Virus record (IMG/VR): IMGVR_UViG_3300045988_160113
Span: 71,791-135,790 of that record
Length of the DNA stretch: 64,000 bases
Source of the DNA: a virus
Strand: one strand, 5' to 3'
The translations under genes and the position numbers were made by a program. Under the pieces are notes generated by a model, which searched no databases, was not told where the DNA came from, and was given only the letters and a program-made list of their open reading frames with translations. Below, one piece after another: positions 8,981 to 17,765 of this stretch (position 1 is the first letter of the stretch; the number at the start of each line of letters is the position of its first letter).

Positions 8981-11554
8981 ATGGAAAGCACGATTGAACT
9001 TTCAGTTCTAAAAAAAGAAATCCATTTTGTAAAGAAAGACAGTCTCACAACTGGACAACAAAGAAACTCCATGAAAATATCTTTCAATGGAAAAGAATGG
9101 AATGGACTAACTAAGTATGGTGTGTTCAAAGTTGAAGATACTGTCAAAGATGTCTTGATTGCTAACTCTGATATAGAGATACCTGCCGAAGTTTGCACCC
9201 TTGACAATCTTGGTAAAGTGGTTTATTTTGGTATCAAAGGAACTTATACAGAGACTATTAGTGGAACGGAAACGGAAACTGTTTATACTACTCCTTATTT
9301 TAGACTTGGAGTACTTGAACGTGGTACAGAAACTTCTGGAAGTATACCAGAATATCCAACACAAAATGCCATTGATGCGGCAATTGAAAATGCGCGTAGA
9401 TGGGCAGTTGGCCCAAGTTCTACAGATAAAGTTCCTACCGATACCAATAATGCGAAATATTGGAGTGACCAAGCAAAAGTAAATGTTGAAAATGTAAATG
9501 AGTATGCTAATAAAGCAAAGGCAGAAGCAGACCGCGCAGAAACTGCGGCAAATACCGCTGTAGAAAGTGTAAAAGGTTCTGTTGAAGCCGCTGCGAAGAG
9601 CGCCCAAGAAGCGGGACAATATGCTGAGAATGCTAAGACCGCTGTAAGAGAGTATCCTCGTATTGATAGTCATGGTCACTGGGAAAGATACGACCCTGAG
9701 AGTGGTAAATGGGTTGATACTGGCGCACTAGCAGAGTTCAAGATTAGGAAAACATATAGTACTATTGCTGAAATGAATGAACATTGGAGTGATAGTGATG
9801 TTTTTGTAAATGATTTTGTAATGATTGCTGGTGAAGTTGAACCGGATAATGGCCAACTGTATGTCAAACTTGCTGATAGTAATGCTAAATATCAGTATAT
9901 TGGTGACCTTAGTGGCGCTCAAGGTATCAAGGGTGAGAGTGCTTATGATATTGCAGTAGCGAAAAAGCAGTATGAAGGCACAGAAGATGATTTTGCGAAG
10001 TTCTTGGGAGAAGCAGTAAATAATGAACCTAAGAGACAAGAAGCAGAGACTGCTCGCAATAATGCCGAAAAAAATCGTAATGATGCTGAGTCTCTTCGCG
10101 CGCAGAATGAAACGCAACGAAAGACTGATGAATCTACTCGTCTATCAAATGAGACTGCGCGCATAGCAAATGAAAAAACTCGCGGTGAAAATGAAGATAG
10201 TAGAAAAGCAAATGAAGCAGACCGTGTAGAAAAAGAGACTGCTCGTGTCAATGCGGAAAAAAATCGTAATGATGCTGAGTCTCTTCGTGTGCAGAATGAA
10301 ACACAACGAAAGACTGATGAAACTACTCGTTCTACAAATGAGACTGCCCGTGGTAATGCTGAGAAAGCTCGTAACGAAGCAGAAACTGCTCGTAATAATG
10401 CTGAATCTTCTCGCGCGACTGCCGAAACGAATCGTGATAAAGCAGAGATTACTCGCGCGCAAAACGAAGAAAAGCGAGTCAATGCTGAGTCTTCTCGTGT
10501 GACTGCTGAAGGAACTCGCGCGACCAATGAACAAACACGAATTGACACAGAAAAAGCTCGCAATGAAGCAGAGAGTAAGCGTGTGATTGCTGAAACTTCT
10601 CGTATTGAATATGAGAAAACGCGCGAATCAAATGAAAGTGCACGTGCAAAAGCAGAAATTTCACGTGCGAATGCTGAAACTAACCGTAATAATGCTGAGA
10701 CTGCTCGTAACAAAGCAGAAACCGCCCGTGATTCTGCCGAGTCTCTCCGCGCGCAGAATGAAATTCAACGTCAGTCAAATGAGACTGCGCGCGAAATATG
10801 GGAAGACTATAACCAAGATAAAACTTATTACAAGGGAAATAAGGTAAGTCTCAATGGTAATAGTTATGTTTGTGTAGTCGAATCTACTACCAATCATCCT
10901 GGTCAATCTAATGATTGGTTACTTATTGCTCAAAAGGGCGATGGACTAGTAATCAAAGATAAATATACTACAATTGAGGAACTTCGCGCGGCTAATCCTA
11001 ATCATACTTATACTTACCAAGTTGAGCAACCTAATGGTGAACTTTATATTTACTCTGATATTGCCGGTGATTGGGTATCTATTGGTGCTATCCAAGGACC
11101 GAAAGGTGAAACTGGTGATAAGGGCGATAAAGGCGACCAAGGCATTCAAGGCAAGAAAGGTGATAAAGGTGATGCCTTTACTTATGCTGATTTTACTCCT
11201 GACCAACTCGCGGCGCTCAAGGGAGAAAAAGGTGATAAAGGTGACGCTTTTACTTATAATGACTTTACTCCTGAGCAACTTGCTTCTTTGAAAGGCGAAA
11301 AAGGCGACAAGGGTGACCCTGGTTCTTATACTGCTGGTACTGGTATTAAAATTGCCAATGGTGTTATTAGTGCGACCGCGGAAGTATATAAAGCGGGCGA
11401 CGGCATTAGTATCACTAATGGATTGATTAGTGCTTTACTTGGGGCTGGCCTCAAATTTGATACTGATAAAAAAATTACTCTTGATGAAACTACTTTTACG
11501 GAATATACAGATGATGAAATTACCTCGATTTATAATTCTGTTGAAATTTCTTGA
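8981..11554 (+). CDS. Tail fibre with ~37 xxExxRx heptads and collagen-like G-X-Y repeats
   Basis: NAEKNRN/DAESLRA/QNETQRK... heptad array, GPKGETGDKGDKGDQGIQGKKGDKGD and 2x FTY.DFTP.QLA.LKGEKGDKGD. Confidence 0.8.
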   Translation: MESTIELSVLKKEIHFVKKDSLTTGQQRNSMKISFNGKEWNGLTKYGVFKVEDTVKDVLIANSDIEIPAEVCTLDNLGKVVYFGIKGTYTETISGTETETVYTTPYFRLGVLERGTETSGSIPEYPTQNAIDAAIENARRWAVGPSSTDKVPTDTNNAKYWSDQAKVNVENVNEYANKAKAEADRAETAANTAVESVKGSVEAAAKSAQEAGQYAENAKTAVREYPRIDSHGHWERYDPESGKWVDTGALAEFKIRKTYSTIAEMNEHWSDSDVFVNDFVMIAGEVEPDNGQLYVKLADSNAKYQYIGDLSGAQGIKGESAYDIAVAKKQYEGTEDDFAKFLGEAVNNEPKRQEAETARNNAEKNRNDAESLRAQNETQRKTDESTRLSNETARIANEKTRGENEDSRKANEADRVEKETARVNAEKNRNDAESLRVQNETQRKTDETTRSTNETARGNAEKARNEAETARNNAESSRATAETNRDKAEITRAQNEEKRVNAESSRVTAEGTRATNEQTRIDTEKARNEAESKRVIAETSRIEYEKTRESNESARAKAEISRANAETNRNNAETARNKAETARDSAESLRAQNEIQRQSNETAREIWEDYNQDKTYYKGNKVSLNGNSYVCVVESTTNHPGQSNDWLLIAQKGDGLVIKDKYTTIEELRAANPNHTYTYQVEQPNGELYIYSDIAGDWVSIGAIQGPKGETGDKGDKGDQGIQGKKGDKGDAFTYADFTPDQLAALKGEKGDKGDAFTYNDFTPEQLASLKGEKGDKGDPGSYTAGTGIKIANGVISATAEVYKAGDGISITNGLISALLGAGLKFDTDKKITLDETTFTEYTDDEITSIYNSVEIS
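10030..10800 (+). repeat. 21-bp (heptad) coding repeat array with an internal 81-bp duplication
   Basis: 10061-10141 vs 10250-10330 differ at 5 positions; offset is 189 bp. Confidence 0.8.
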
Positions 11555-11636
11555 CCATGAAGTTCTGAAAATTTTATATCTTACATTTTATTTTCCTACT
11601 TTAGAAATGGAATGAATTTGATAAGGAGGTAAGTGT

Positions 11637-11909
11637 ATGGCTCATATCCTGAGAAAAATTGGAAATGCTTCTAATGTATCTGTTTATAGATATGAAGCAG
11701 ATACTGAAGCAGATATGCGCGCCATTGATGTCTCTATGGCTCCGATGGGCAGTCGCTGTTATATTATTGACACTGGTGATACTTATGCTCTAAACAGCAA
11801 AAAGGAATGGAAATCTGTTCCGAAAGGTTCTGGTGGCGATATTATCTATGATGGTGGCTCAGACAGTGGTTCTTCCGGTGACATTATTTACGATGGCGGT
11901 ACTACGTGA
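11637..11909 (+). CDS. Hypothetical structural protein
   Basis: RBS aaggagg. C-terminal GGDIIYDGG duplicated. Confidence 0.5.
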   Translation: MAHILRKIGNASNVSVYRYEADTEADMRAIDVSMAPMGSRCYIIDTGDTYALNSKKEWKSVPKGSGGDIIYDGGSDSGSSGDIIYDGGTT

Positions 11910-11919
11910 GGTGAAATAA

Positions 11920-12267
11920 ATGGCGCAAGTTATCAAGACTACGTTTAAGTTCCGTCGTAATACAGCAGAATATTGGAAGAATACAAATCCAGTTCTTGCT
12001 GACGGCGAACCTTGTTTTGAACTTGATACTGGTAAACTAAAAATTGGTAATGGCACTACTGCGTATAATGATTTGAAGTATATCAATGGTGATTCAGTTC
12101 AAATTGAAGTTGCTACAAAGGATATTATTGGCGCAGTTTTGAGTTCTGATGAAAAGAATCAAGTTTCTGTTGATGAAAGCGGTCACATGGAAGTCAATGA
12201 AATTGGAGTTGAAAAACTAAGTGATACTGTTGGTGTTACTTTAGTTATTGATGGTGGTTCTTTTTGA
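11920..12267 (+). CDS. Fibre/RBP adaptor protein with Mtd_N-like N-terminal motif
   Basis: TFKFRRNTAEYWKNTNPVLADGEPCFELDTGKLKIGNGTTAYNDLKYI. Confidence 0.6.
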   Translation: MAQVIKTTFKFRRNTAEYWKNTNPVLADGEPCFELDTGKLKIGNGTTAYNDLKYINGDSVQIEVATKDIIGAVLSSDEKNQVSVDESGHMEVNEIGVEKLSDTVGVTLVIDGGSF

Positions 12268-12291
12268 AATAACTAAATAGGAGGGAGACTA

Positions 12292-13404
12292 ATGGATAAG
12301 AAAGTTTTGACCACTACGATTCAGTTGCGCCGTGCGACTGAGGTACAGTGGGAAGCTATCAAAGATAGTTTCATTCCTGCCGTGGGTGAACCTTGTGTTA
12401 CTCTTGATGGTGATAATGCTGGCCAATTAAAAATTGGTGATGGTGTTACTCCTTGGGGTGAACTAAAATATTCTGGTGTTCATCTTGATGTACTCAAGAT
12501 ATATGGTGATTCCGTAGAAGATACTTCTATGTTTATTGACGGTGTAAAGTATGATACTGCCGCAGAAGCAATCAATGCTGTTCCTGATGGTGGCACTGTC
12601 AAAATGACTGGCGGTCTCGGTGCAGATGAAATTATCAATGTAGAAAAAAAACTCACTCTCGATATGAATAGTGCGGTTATTGTTGATAATAATAAATGTC
12701 CTATGGAAATTAGCACTAGTGGTGAACTTACTTTGTCTGGTAATGGTAGTGTTGAGTGTAATAAGAACGCTGAACCTGCTATTAATAACTGCGGCAAGAT
12801 GATTATTGAAAATGGTAATTATACTCGTAAGGTTGATGAAAAGAATGATACTTTCTATACTATTCTAAATCATGGTGATACCGTTATTAACAATGGTATT
12901 TTTCAAGCACCTGGTAATGTATCAAGTATGATTGAGAATGGTTATTGGGATTATAATTCTACCGACCCTAAGTATGGTCATGTTGTTGGAAAGAATGCTG
13001 AGACTTGTATATTGACTATCAATGATGGTACTTTTATCAATGCTTTTTATGTCATCAAGAATGATGATAATGGTATTGTAAACATCAATAGTGGTAAGTT
13101 CTATGGTACTATTTTCCACAATGGTATTGAGATGACCATCAATAATGGATATTTTGAAGTTAGTGATGGAACTTACAATATTGGTCTAAGAAAGTTGAAT
13201 GACAATATGAATGCTGGTAAAACCACTATCAATGGTGGTACTTATATTTCTAATGGTACATCTAATTTCAAAATCAATGATGGCGAACCTGAAGTAATTA
13301 TCAAAGGTGGTAAATTCAATAAAGAAGTTCCCGCCAGATTTATCGCTGAAGGATATAAGCAGAGTCTTGTCGATGGTTATTATGTTATAACCAAATCTGA
13401 GTAA
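12292..13404 (+). CDS. Receptor-binding protein, probable beta-helix (depolymerase-like)
   Basis: The same N-terminal motif (TIQLRRATEVQW...GEPCV...LKIGDGVTPWGELKY), then a repetitive N/G/I-rich region. Confidence 0.6.
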   Translation: MDKKVLTTTIQLRRATEVQWEAIKDSFIPAVGEPCVTLDGDNAGQLKIGDGVTPWGELKYSGVHLDVLKIYGDSVEDTSMFIDGVKYDTAAEAINAVPDGGTVKMTGGLGADEIINVEKKLTLDMNSAVIVDNNKCPMEISTSGELTLSGNGSVECNKNAEPAINNCGKMIIENGNYTRKVDEKNDTFYTILNHGDTVINNGIFQAPGNVSSMIENGYWDYNSTDPKYGHVVGKNAETCILTINDGTFINAFYVIKNDDNGIVNINSGKFYGTIFHNGIEMTINNGYFEVSDGTYNIGLRKLNDNMNAGKTTINGGTYISNGTSNFKINDGEPEVIIKGGKFNKEVPARFIAEGYKQSLVDGYYVITKSE

Positions 13405-13417
13405 GGAGGAATGAGTT

Positions 13418-13789
13418 ATGTTCAATATTGCTTATGCTAATAAAGATAAAATTCAAAATAGTATTGCTCAAGGCGTCATTCCTGCTGAAAGTTTGATTAT
13501 TACCAATAATGAGGAAGGTAAGGCTGAACTCAGTTACTATGATGAAAATGGCAATTTAAAGAGTATTGTTAAGAAAACTCAGTTTGAAAGTGAAGCAGAA
13601 GCTCGTCTTTGGACTGCTAAATATAATTATACTGGTGAGAATATTAGTGTCTACGATGCTAAAAGCGGCCAATGGAATAGTTATATTGTTAGTGTTGGTG
13701 GCGATATCAATAAGATTGCTAAAGCCGAAGATGTTGAGTCTTTCATGGAAGACTTGATTATTGATGGCGGCGGTGCTCCTCTAAAGTAA
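13418..13789 (+). CDS. Hypothetical structural protein
   Basis: ORF track; RBS aaggagg. Confidence 0.5.
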   Translation: MFNIAYANKDKIQNSIAQGVIPAESLIITNNEEGKAELSYYDENGNLKSIVKKTQFESEAEARLWTAKYNYTGENISVYDAKSGQWNSYIVSVGGDINKIAKAEDVESFMEDLIIDGGGAPLK

Positions 13790-13805
13790 AGGAGGAGTGA
13801 ATATT

Positions 13806-14321
13806 GTGGCAAAATTAATCAATACTACTATCAAACTGAGAAGGGATAATGATTATAACTACAGTAAAGTAGCAGATAGTTTTATCCCCATGAAAGGCGA
13901 GCCAGTACTTGTAGATACTGAACAATATGGACTTAGATTCAAAATTGGTGACGGTGTCACTTCTTATGGTGCGCTTGCTTATGCTGATGATAATAATAAT
14001 GTAGTTTTACTTGGTTATTATCTGAATAGTAAATTTTATATTGATAGCACTTATACAGTTGAATTAGAAAAAAATGAAAATAAACTGTATATTGATAAGA
14101 ATACTTATACAGTATATATTTGGGATAAAGAGAATTATATTCCACTTAGTCCCGAAGCTACTGAAACTGTTGCGGGCATGATGAAACTTTATCAAACTTC
14201 TGGTAATAATACTGATGGTACTATGAGCCAGAAAGCTATTACTGAAGGCGTAAATGCTATCAAATTTGAATTAGATGGGCAAGATAAAGAGTGTCTTGTT
14301 CTTGACCTCCCTTGGGACTAA
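13806..14321 (+). CDS. Receptor-binding protein with Mtd_N-like N-terminal motif
   Basis: Start moved to GTG 13806 to match paralogues (MAKLINTTIKLRR...GEPVLVDTEQYGLRFKIGDGVTSYGALAY). Confidence 0.55.
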   Translation: MAKLINTTIKLRRDNDYNYSKVADSFIPMKGEPVLVDTEQYGLRFKIGDGVTSYGALAYADDNNNVVLLGYYLNSKFYIDSTYTVELEKNENKLYIDKNTYTVYIWDKENYIPLSPEATETVAGMMKLYQTSGNNTDGTMSQKAITEGVNAIKFELDGQDKECLVLDLPWD

Positions 14322-14384
14322 GGGAGTAAATTGATACAAATATGGAAAACCACATTGTAAATAAAATTGAAAGGAGATTTTATT

Positions 14385-16055
14385 ATGGCTGATATTTCTA
14401 AAATCAAGCTTGCTAACGGCACAACTGTTACTTTGAAAGATGTTCAAGGTCGCACTGATATGACTACTCTTCTTGGTAAACATGCTCTTGAATCTCTTGG
14501 TGCTGCCGCTTGGAAGGCAGTTGCCACTGAAATTTCTGGTGAAGGCCTTGTTGATGCTTCTGTTGTTAAGGCCTATGTTGATTCTCAAGTTGGGCAAATT
14601 CATAGTTTTGATGTTGTAATTGATGCCGATGGTGGAGCTACTGGTCCTTCTGTGGCTGCTTCTAAAGACACTATGTATAAGATTTACATGGTTGCTGATG
14701 CTCAAGCTTCTGCTGGTACTTATATTGAGTGGATTACTATTCGTTCTGGGGTTAAAGACCCTTATACCTATGCTTGGGAAAAAATTGGTTCCACCAAGAC
14801 TGACCTTAGTGGTTATATTTCTAATACTATTACCATTGCTGGTATTCGACTTAACAGAGATATTTCTGTCTCTGACCTTCAGAAAGCTCTTACTCTTGGT
14901 TCTATGGCCTATGCTGATAAAGCTTCTGGTTCTGGCTCCGTTGAGACTGTTGATAGTATTACCATGAAAGAAGTCACTGTTGCTGGTAATGCTGCTGTTA
15001 CTTTCAAGGCTGCTGATGCTACTCTCACTAAGGCTAATTATACCCCTGCTGGTAAGGTTACTGGTTCTGCCATTTCTGGAGGTTCTATTGCTGTTACTTT
15101 GAAGGATTCTGCTACTAAGACTGCGGCCACTCTTAGCACCTCTGAGTTCACTCCTGCTGGTACTATCGCCGCCAAGGAGGGTGGTTCCTTCTCTGCTTTG
15201 AAGTCTGCCGCTTTCGGCGCTTCTGAAGATGGTGTTCAGATTGAGGGTACTGTCAGTGCTCCTGCAATTTCTCTTACCGCTGCTGACAAGACTTTTGCTA
15301 CTGGTTTGACTGGTGGTAGTAAGGCTTCCTTTACTGAGGGCGCTTTTACTCCTGCCGCAATTCAGGATGGTTTTTATACTGCTGGTAAGGCCGCTACTTG
15401 GACTGGTGCTGATTATACCGCTCCCAGTATGGGTGAGGCTTCCAAAGCAAAGTTTGCTTCTGAGGGTATTGTCGCCAGTCTTGATGCTGAAGATGCTGAA
15501 TGCCTAGTATTTACCACTGCTGGTACTGCTGATGCTGTTACTGCTCAGGGCGCCTTCAATGCTGGTAATGTTAACTTTGGTACTTTCAATGGTGGTTCTG
15601 CTACCGTTATCGATACTACTAAGTTCTCTGGTGGTTCTAAGGATGCTGATACTTTCGTTGCTAATGAACTTCAGACTGCTACTACTGGCAAGGTAAGTGA
15701 AGTTTCTGCCGCCGCTCTTGCTAATGCTCCTGTATTCACCGGTGAGAAGTATGCTATTGCTACTACTACTGATACCGCTCTCAAGGATGTCGCCTTTACT
15801 GCTACCAATAGTGCTACTATTGTTGATAAAGTTGAGTATGTCAAGCCTGAAATTGATGCTGCTACCTTTACTGGTACTGCTGCTACTCTTGGCTTTACTG
15901 GTACTGAGGTTGAGAATGCTCTTGTTACTAGCGTTAGTTATGATAAGGCCGATACCATTGCCGCATTTAGTGTTGCTGTTACTCCTGAGACCGATATTAT
16001 CAAGAAGACTGCTAAAACTGTTGAGGTTGAAGTTTCTCCTGTCGCTAAGCAGTAA
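14385..16055 (+). CDS. A/T/G/S-rich fibrous structural protein
   Basis: Start at MADISKIKLANGTTVTLKD after aaaggag. Low-complexity body. Confidence 0.6.
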   Translation: MADISKIKLANGTTVTLKDVQGRTDMTTLLGKHALESLGAAAWKAVATEISGEGLVDASVVKAYVDSQVGQIHSFDVVIDADGGATGPSVAASKDTMYKIYMVADAQASAGTYIEWITIRSGVKDPYTYAWEKIGSTKTDLSGYISNTITIAGIRLNRDISVSDLQKALTLGSMAYADKASGSGSVETVDSITMKEVTVAGNAAVTFKAADATLTKANYTPAGKVTGSAISGGSIAVTLKDSATKTAATLSTSEFTPAGTIAAKEGGSFSALKSAAFGASEDGVQIEGTVSAPAISLTAADKTFATGLTGGSKASFTEGAFTPAAIQDGFYTAGKAATWTGADYTAPSMGEASKAKFASEGIVASLDAEDAECLVFTTAGTADAVTAQGAFNAGNVNFGTFNGGSATVIDTTKFSGGSKDADTFVANELQTATTGKVSEVSAAALANAPVFTGEKYAIATTTDTALKDVAFTATNSATIVDKVEYVKPEIDAATFTGTAATLGFTGTEVENALVTSVSYDKADTIAAFSVAVTPETDIIKKTAKTVEVEVSPVAKQ

Positions 16056-16058
16056 TAA

Positions 16059-16163
16059 ATGGCTGAAATTTCTAAAATCAAATTGCCAGACAATACCGAG
16101 TACAACCTAAAGGACGAAGAACTTCGTACTATGTTGGAAATTTTGTTGGGTAATAAAAATTGA
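16059..16163 (+). CDS. 34-aa ORF duplicating the fibre N-terminal module
   Basis: MAEISKIKLPDNTEYNLKDEELRTMLEILLGNKN. No clear RBS. May be a cassette remnant. Confidence 0.3.
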   Translation: MAEISKIKLPDNTEYNLKDEELRTMLEILLGNKN

Positions 16164-16172
16164 TAGAGATAT

Positions 16173-16202
16173 GGAACGGGGAGACTCCGGTTTCTCCGTT
16201 CC
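16173..16202 (+). terminator. Hairpin, terminator candidate
   Basis: ggaacgg(gg)aga...tctccgttcc. Confidence 0.4.
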
Positions 16203-16242
16203 TACTTTAGAATAGAAACAAAGTGCTTCAAGGAGGGGTAAA

Positions 16243-16431
16243 ATGGCAAAGATAAAGACAATCAAACTTCCCAATGATACCTCTGCGCGCGAAGTATATG
16301 ATGTTGGCGCAGTCAGATTTGATGAAAAAGGTAATCTGACAGAAGCACAAAAAACTATCGCGCGTGCTAATGTTGGCGTAGAAGAGTATACTGCCGACGA
16401 GATTGAGAATATTTGGAATAGTACAACGTAA
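16243..16431 (+). CDS. Mini fibre-module protein (62 aa)
   Basis: N-terminal MAKIKTIKLPNDT, QKTIARANVG motif and C-terminal EEYTADEIENIWNS. Confidence 0.5.
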   Translation: MAKIKTIKLPNDTSAREVYDVGAVRFDEKGNLTEAQKTIARANVGVEEYTADEIENIWNSTT

Positions 16432-16439
16432 GTAAATAG

Positions 16440-16461
16440 GGTGGGAGTAAATACTCCCACC
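16440..16461 (+). terminator. Rho-independent terminator candidate
   Basis: ggtgggagt-aaat-actcccacc. Confidence 0.5.
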
Positions 16462-16472
16462 TTAGTAAAAAT

Positions 16473-16501
16473 TTGACGTGGAAAGTAATTTGTGGTATAA
16501 T
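16473..16501 (+). promoter_or_regulatory. Extended -10 sigma70 promoter upstream of the DGR target operon
   Basis: TTGACG-17 bp-(TGg)TATAAT. About 260 nt of leader precede 16766. Confidence 0.6.
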
Positions 16502-16765
16502 TATTATAGTGGATAAGAAATCTGCCTGGCTTGGAATGATAGTCAGTATAGCCCTTGAAAGTGATAGGGAGAAGAAGTTGACGGACGCTGAGCCAGTGGG
16601 TGAAGTGTCTGTTTTTTTATGTATATATTATATTCTGCGCACTTGTGAATTTTTTATAAAAGAAGATAGTGATTTTTATAGATTTTATACAAGGCCACGC
16701 GTAAGGATAGAAAGAATATAAATTGGCCTGCGCGAAAAGTGTAAGAGATAATAAAGGAGGTACAA

Positions 16766-16978
16766 ATGAGTAAGAATGTGAATGCTTGTAAAAGCGACAA
16801 TACTGAAAACTGGAATAAGGCAGTAAATTTTGTGCCTTCAAAGGGAGAAGTAATTATTTACTCTGATGTTGAACAGATGAAAGTCGGTGATGGAGTAAAT
16901 AGTGTTGTCAATTTGCCATTTAAGGACAGAGAATATGAGGATAAGGAAATTGAAGAGATTTATAATTCTGTGAGGTGA
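16766..16978 (+). CDS. Small fibre-adaptor protein
   Basis: FVPSKGEVIIYSDVEQMKVGDGVNSVVNLPF (Mtd_N-like) and C-terminal EYEDKEIEEIYNS. Confidence 0.5.
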   Translation: MSKNVNACKSDNTENWNKAVNFVPSKGEVIIYSDVEQMKVGDGVNSVVNLPFKDREYEDKEIEEIYNSVR

Positions 16979-16982
16979 AAGT

Positions 16983-17732
16983 ATGGGAATTATTATGTTG
17001 AATAACAAGGTTCTGGTGAATCAGAATAAGATTGCGATGTATATACCTCCTTTTGAACCACCTGCTAAAGGTTCGATTGTAAAGATGAATTTGGATGGGA
17101 CTGAAAGACAGTATAGAGTATTGAGTGTAAATGGAAACGTTTGTAAAGTATTAGGAATGTGGGATGACTTTGCAAGCAAATATAATGAAACAAGTACAAC
17201 TACTACTTTCGGAAGCACTACTGCTCAGAAATACGAAGGTTCTACTTTAGATACCTATTTAAATACTACTTGGTATAATACATTAACTAGTGCTGCTAAG
17301 GCGGCTATTGTACCTGAGAATGTAGTACAGTATTGTTATAAATATTATGATGAACCAAATACTCCAAATACACCTACATATACATATCAATATCAGCATA
17401 ACTGGTCTAATTCAGATTATGAAAATGCCGATAATGTAGGCAATGTAACTGTTGGAGAACGTAACGTGTTTGCTTTAGATTTGAAGGATATTTTTGATTA
17501 TATGGGAAAAGTGTGTATTACATCTGATGAACTAATGATTATGTTTTGGAATAGTACAACTAAAGTATCTAAATATCTATGGTTGCGGTCCTCTCTTGCC
17601 GACTATTCTTACGGTGCGTGGATTGTGTCCGGTGACACTGGTAATTTGAGCTACACTGGTGTTGCTAATAGTTGTGTCGTGCGGCCCGCGCTTAATCTAG
17701 ATATGTCCAAAATCCAGTACACCCTCGTGTGA
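16983..17732 (+). CDS. DGR variable (target) protein, WLRS...VRPA C-type-lectin-like C-terminus
   Basis: VR lies in frame in the last 50 codons: LRSSLADYSYGAWIVSGDTGNLSYTGVANSCVVRPA. Confidence 0.85.
   Translation: MGIIMLNNKVLVNQNKIAMYIPPFEPPAKGSIVKMNLDGTERQYRVLSVNGNVCKVLGMWDDFASKYNETSTTTTFGSTTAQKYEGSTLDTYLNTTWYNTLTSAAKAAIVPENVVQYCYKYYDEPNTPNTPTYTYQYQHNWSNSDYENADNVGNVTVGERNVFALDLKDIFDYMGKVCITSDELMIMFWNSTTKVSKYLWLRSSLADYSYGAWIVSGDTGNLSYTGVANSCVVRPALNLDMSKIQYTLV
17583..17690 (+). repeat. DGR variable repeat (VR)
   Basis: 108 bp aligned to TR without gaps. 20 mismatches, every one opposite a TR adenine. Confidence 0.9.
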
Positions 17733-17739
17733 GCGGGTA

Positions 17740-17765
17740 GCTGGAGGCGCCTCAGCGCCGACAGC
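17740..17765 (+). promoter_or_regulatory. GC-rich hairpin 50 bp downstream of VR
   Basis: gctg-ga-ggcgc-ctca-gcgcc-ga-cagc. Confidence 0.5.

Noticed and set aside
9107-10713. Long antisense and alternative-frame ORFs inside the tail-fibre gene (9107-9679, 9728-10117, 9943-10713, 10145-10534 and others)
   Set aside because: They overlap a clearly coding heptad or collagen-repeat gene. They arise from repeat periodicity and the lack of stops. They have no RBS and low-complexity products.
14620-16110. Leu-rich alternative-frame ORFs within the fibrous-protein gene (14620-14967, 15313-15507, 15697-16110)
   Set aside because: These are frame-shifted readings of GCT/ACT/GGT-rich codons. They have no start context and implausible poly-Leu products.
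16473-16721. 82-aa TTG-start ORF between the fibre modules and the DGR target operon
   Set aside because: Its start is the -35 box of a consensus extended -10 promoter. There is no RBS. The region is more plausibly a 5' leader.
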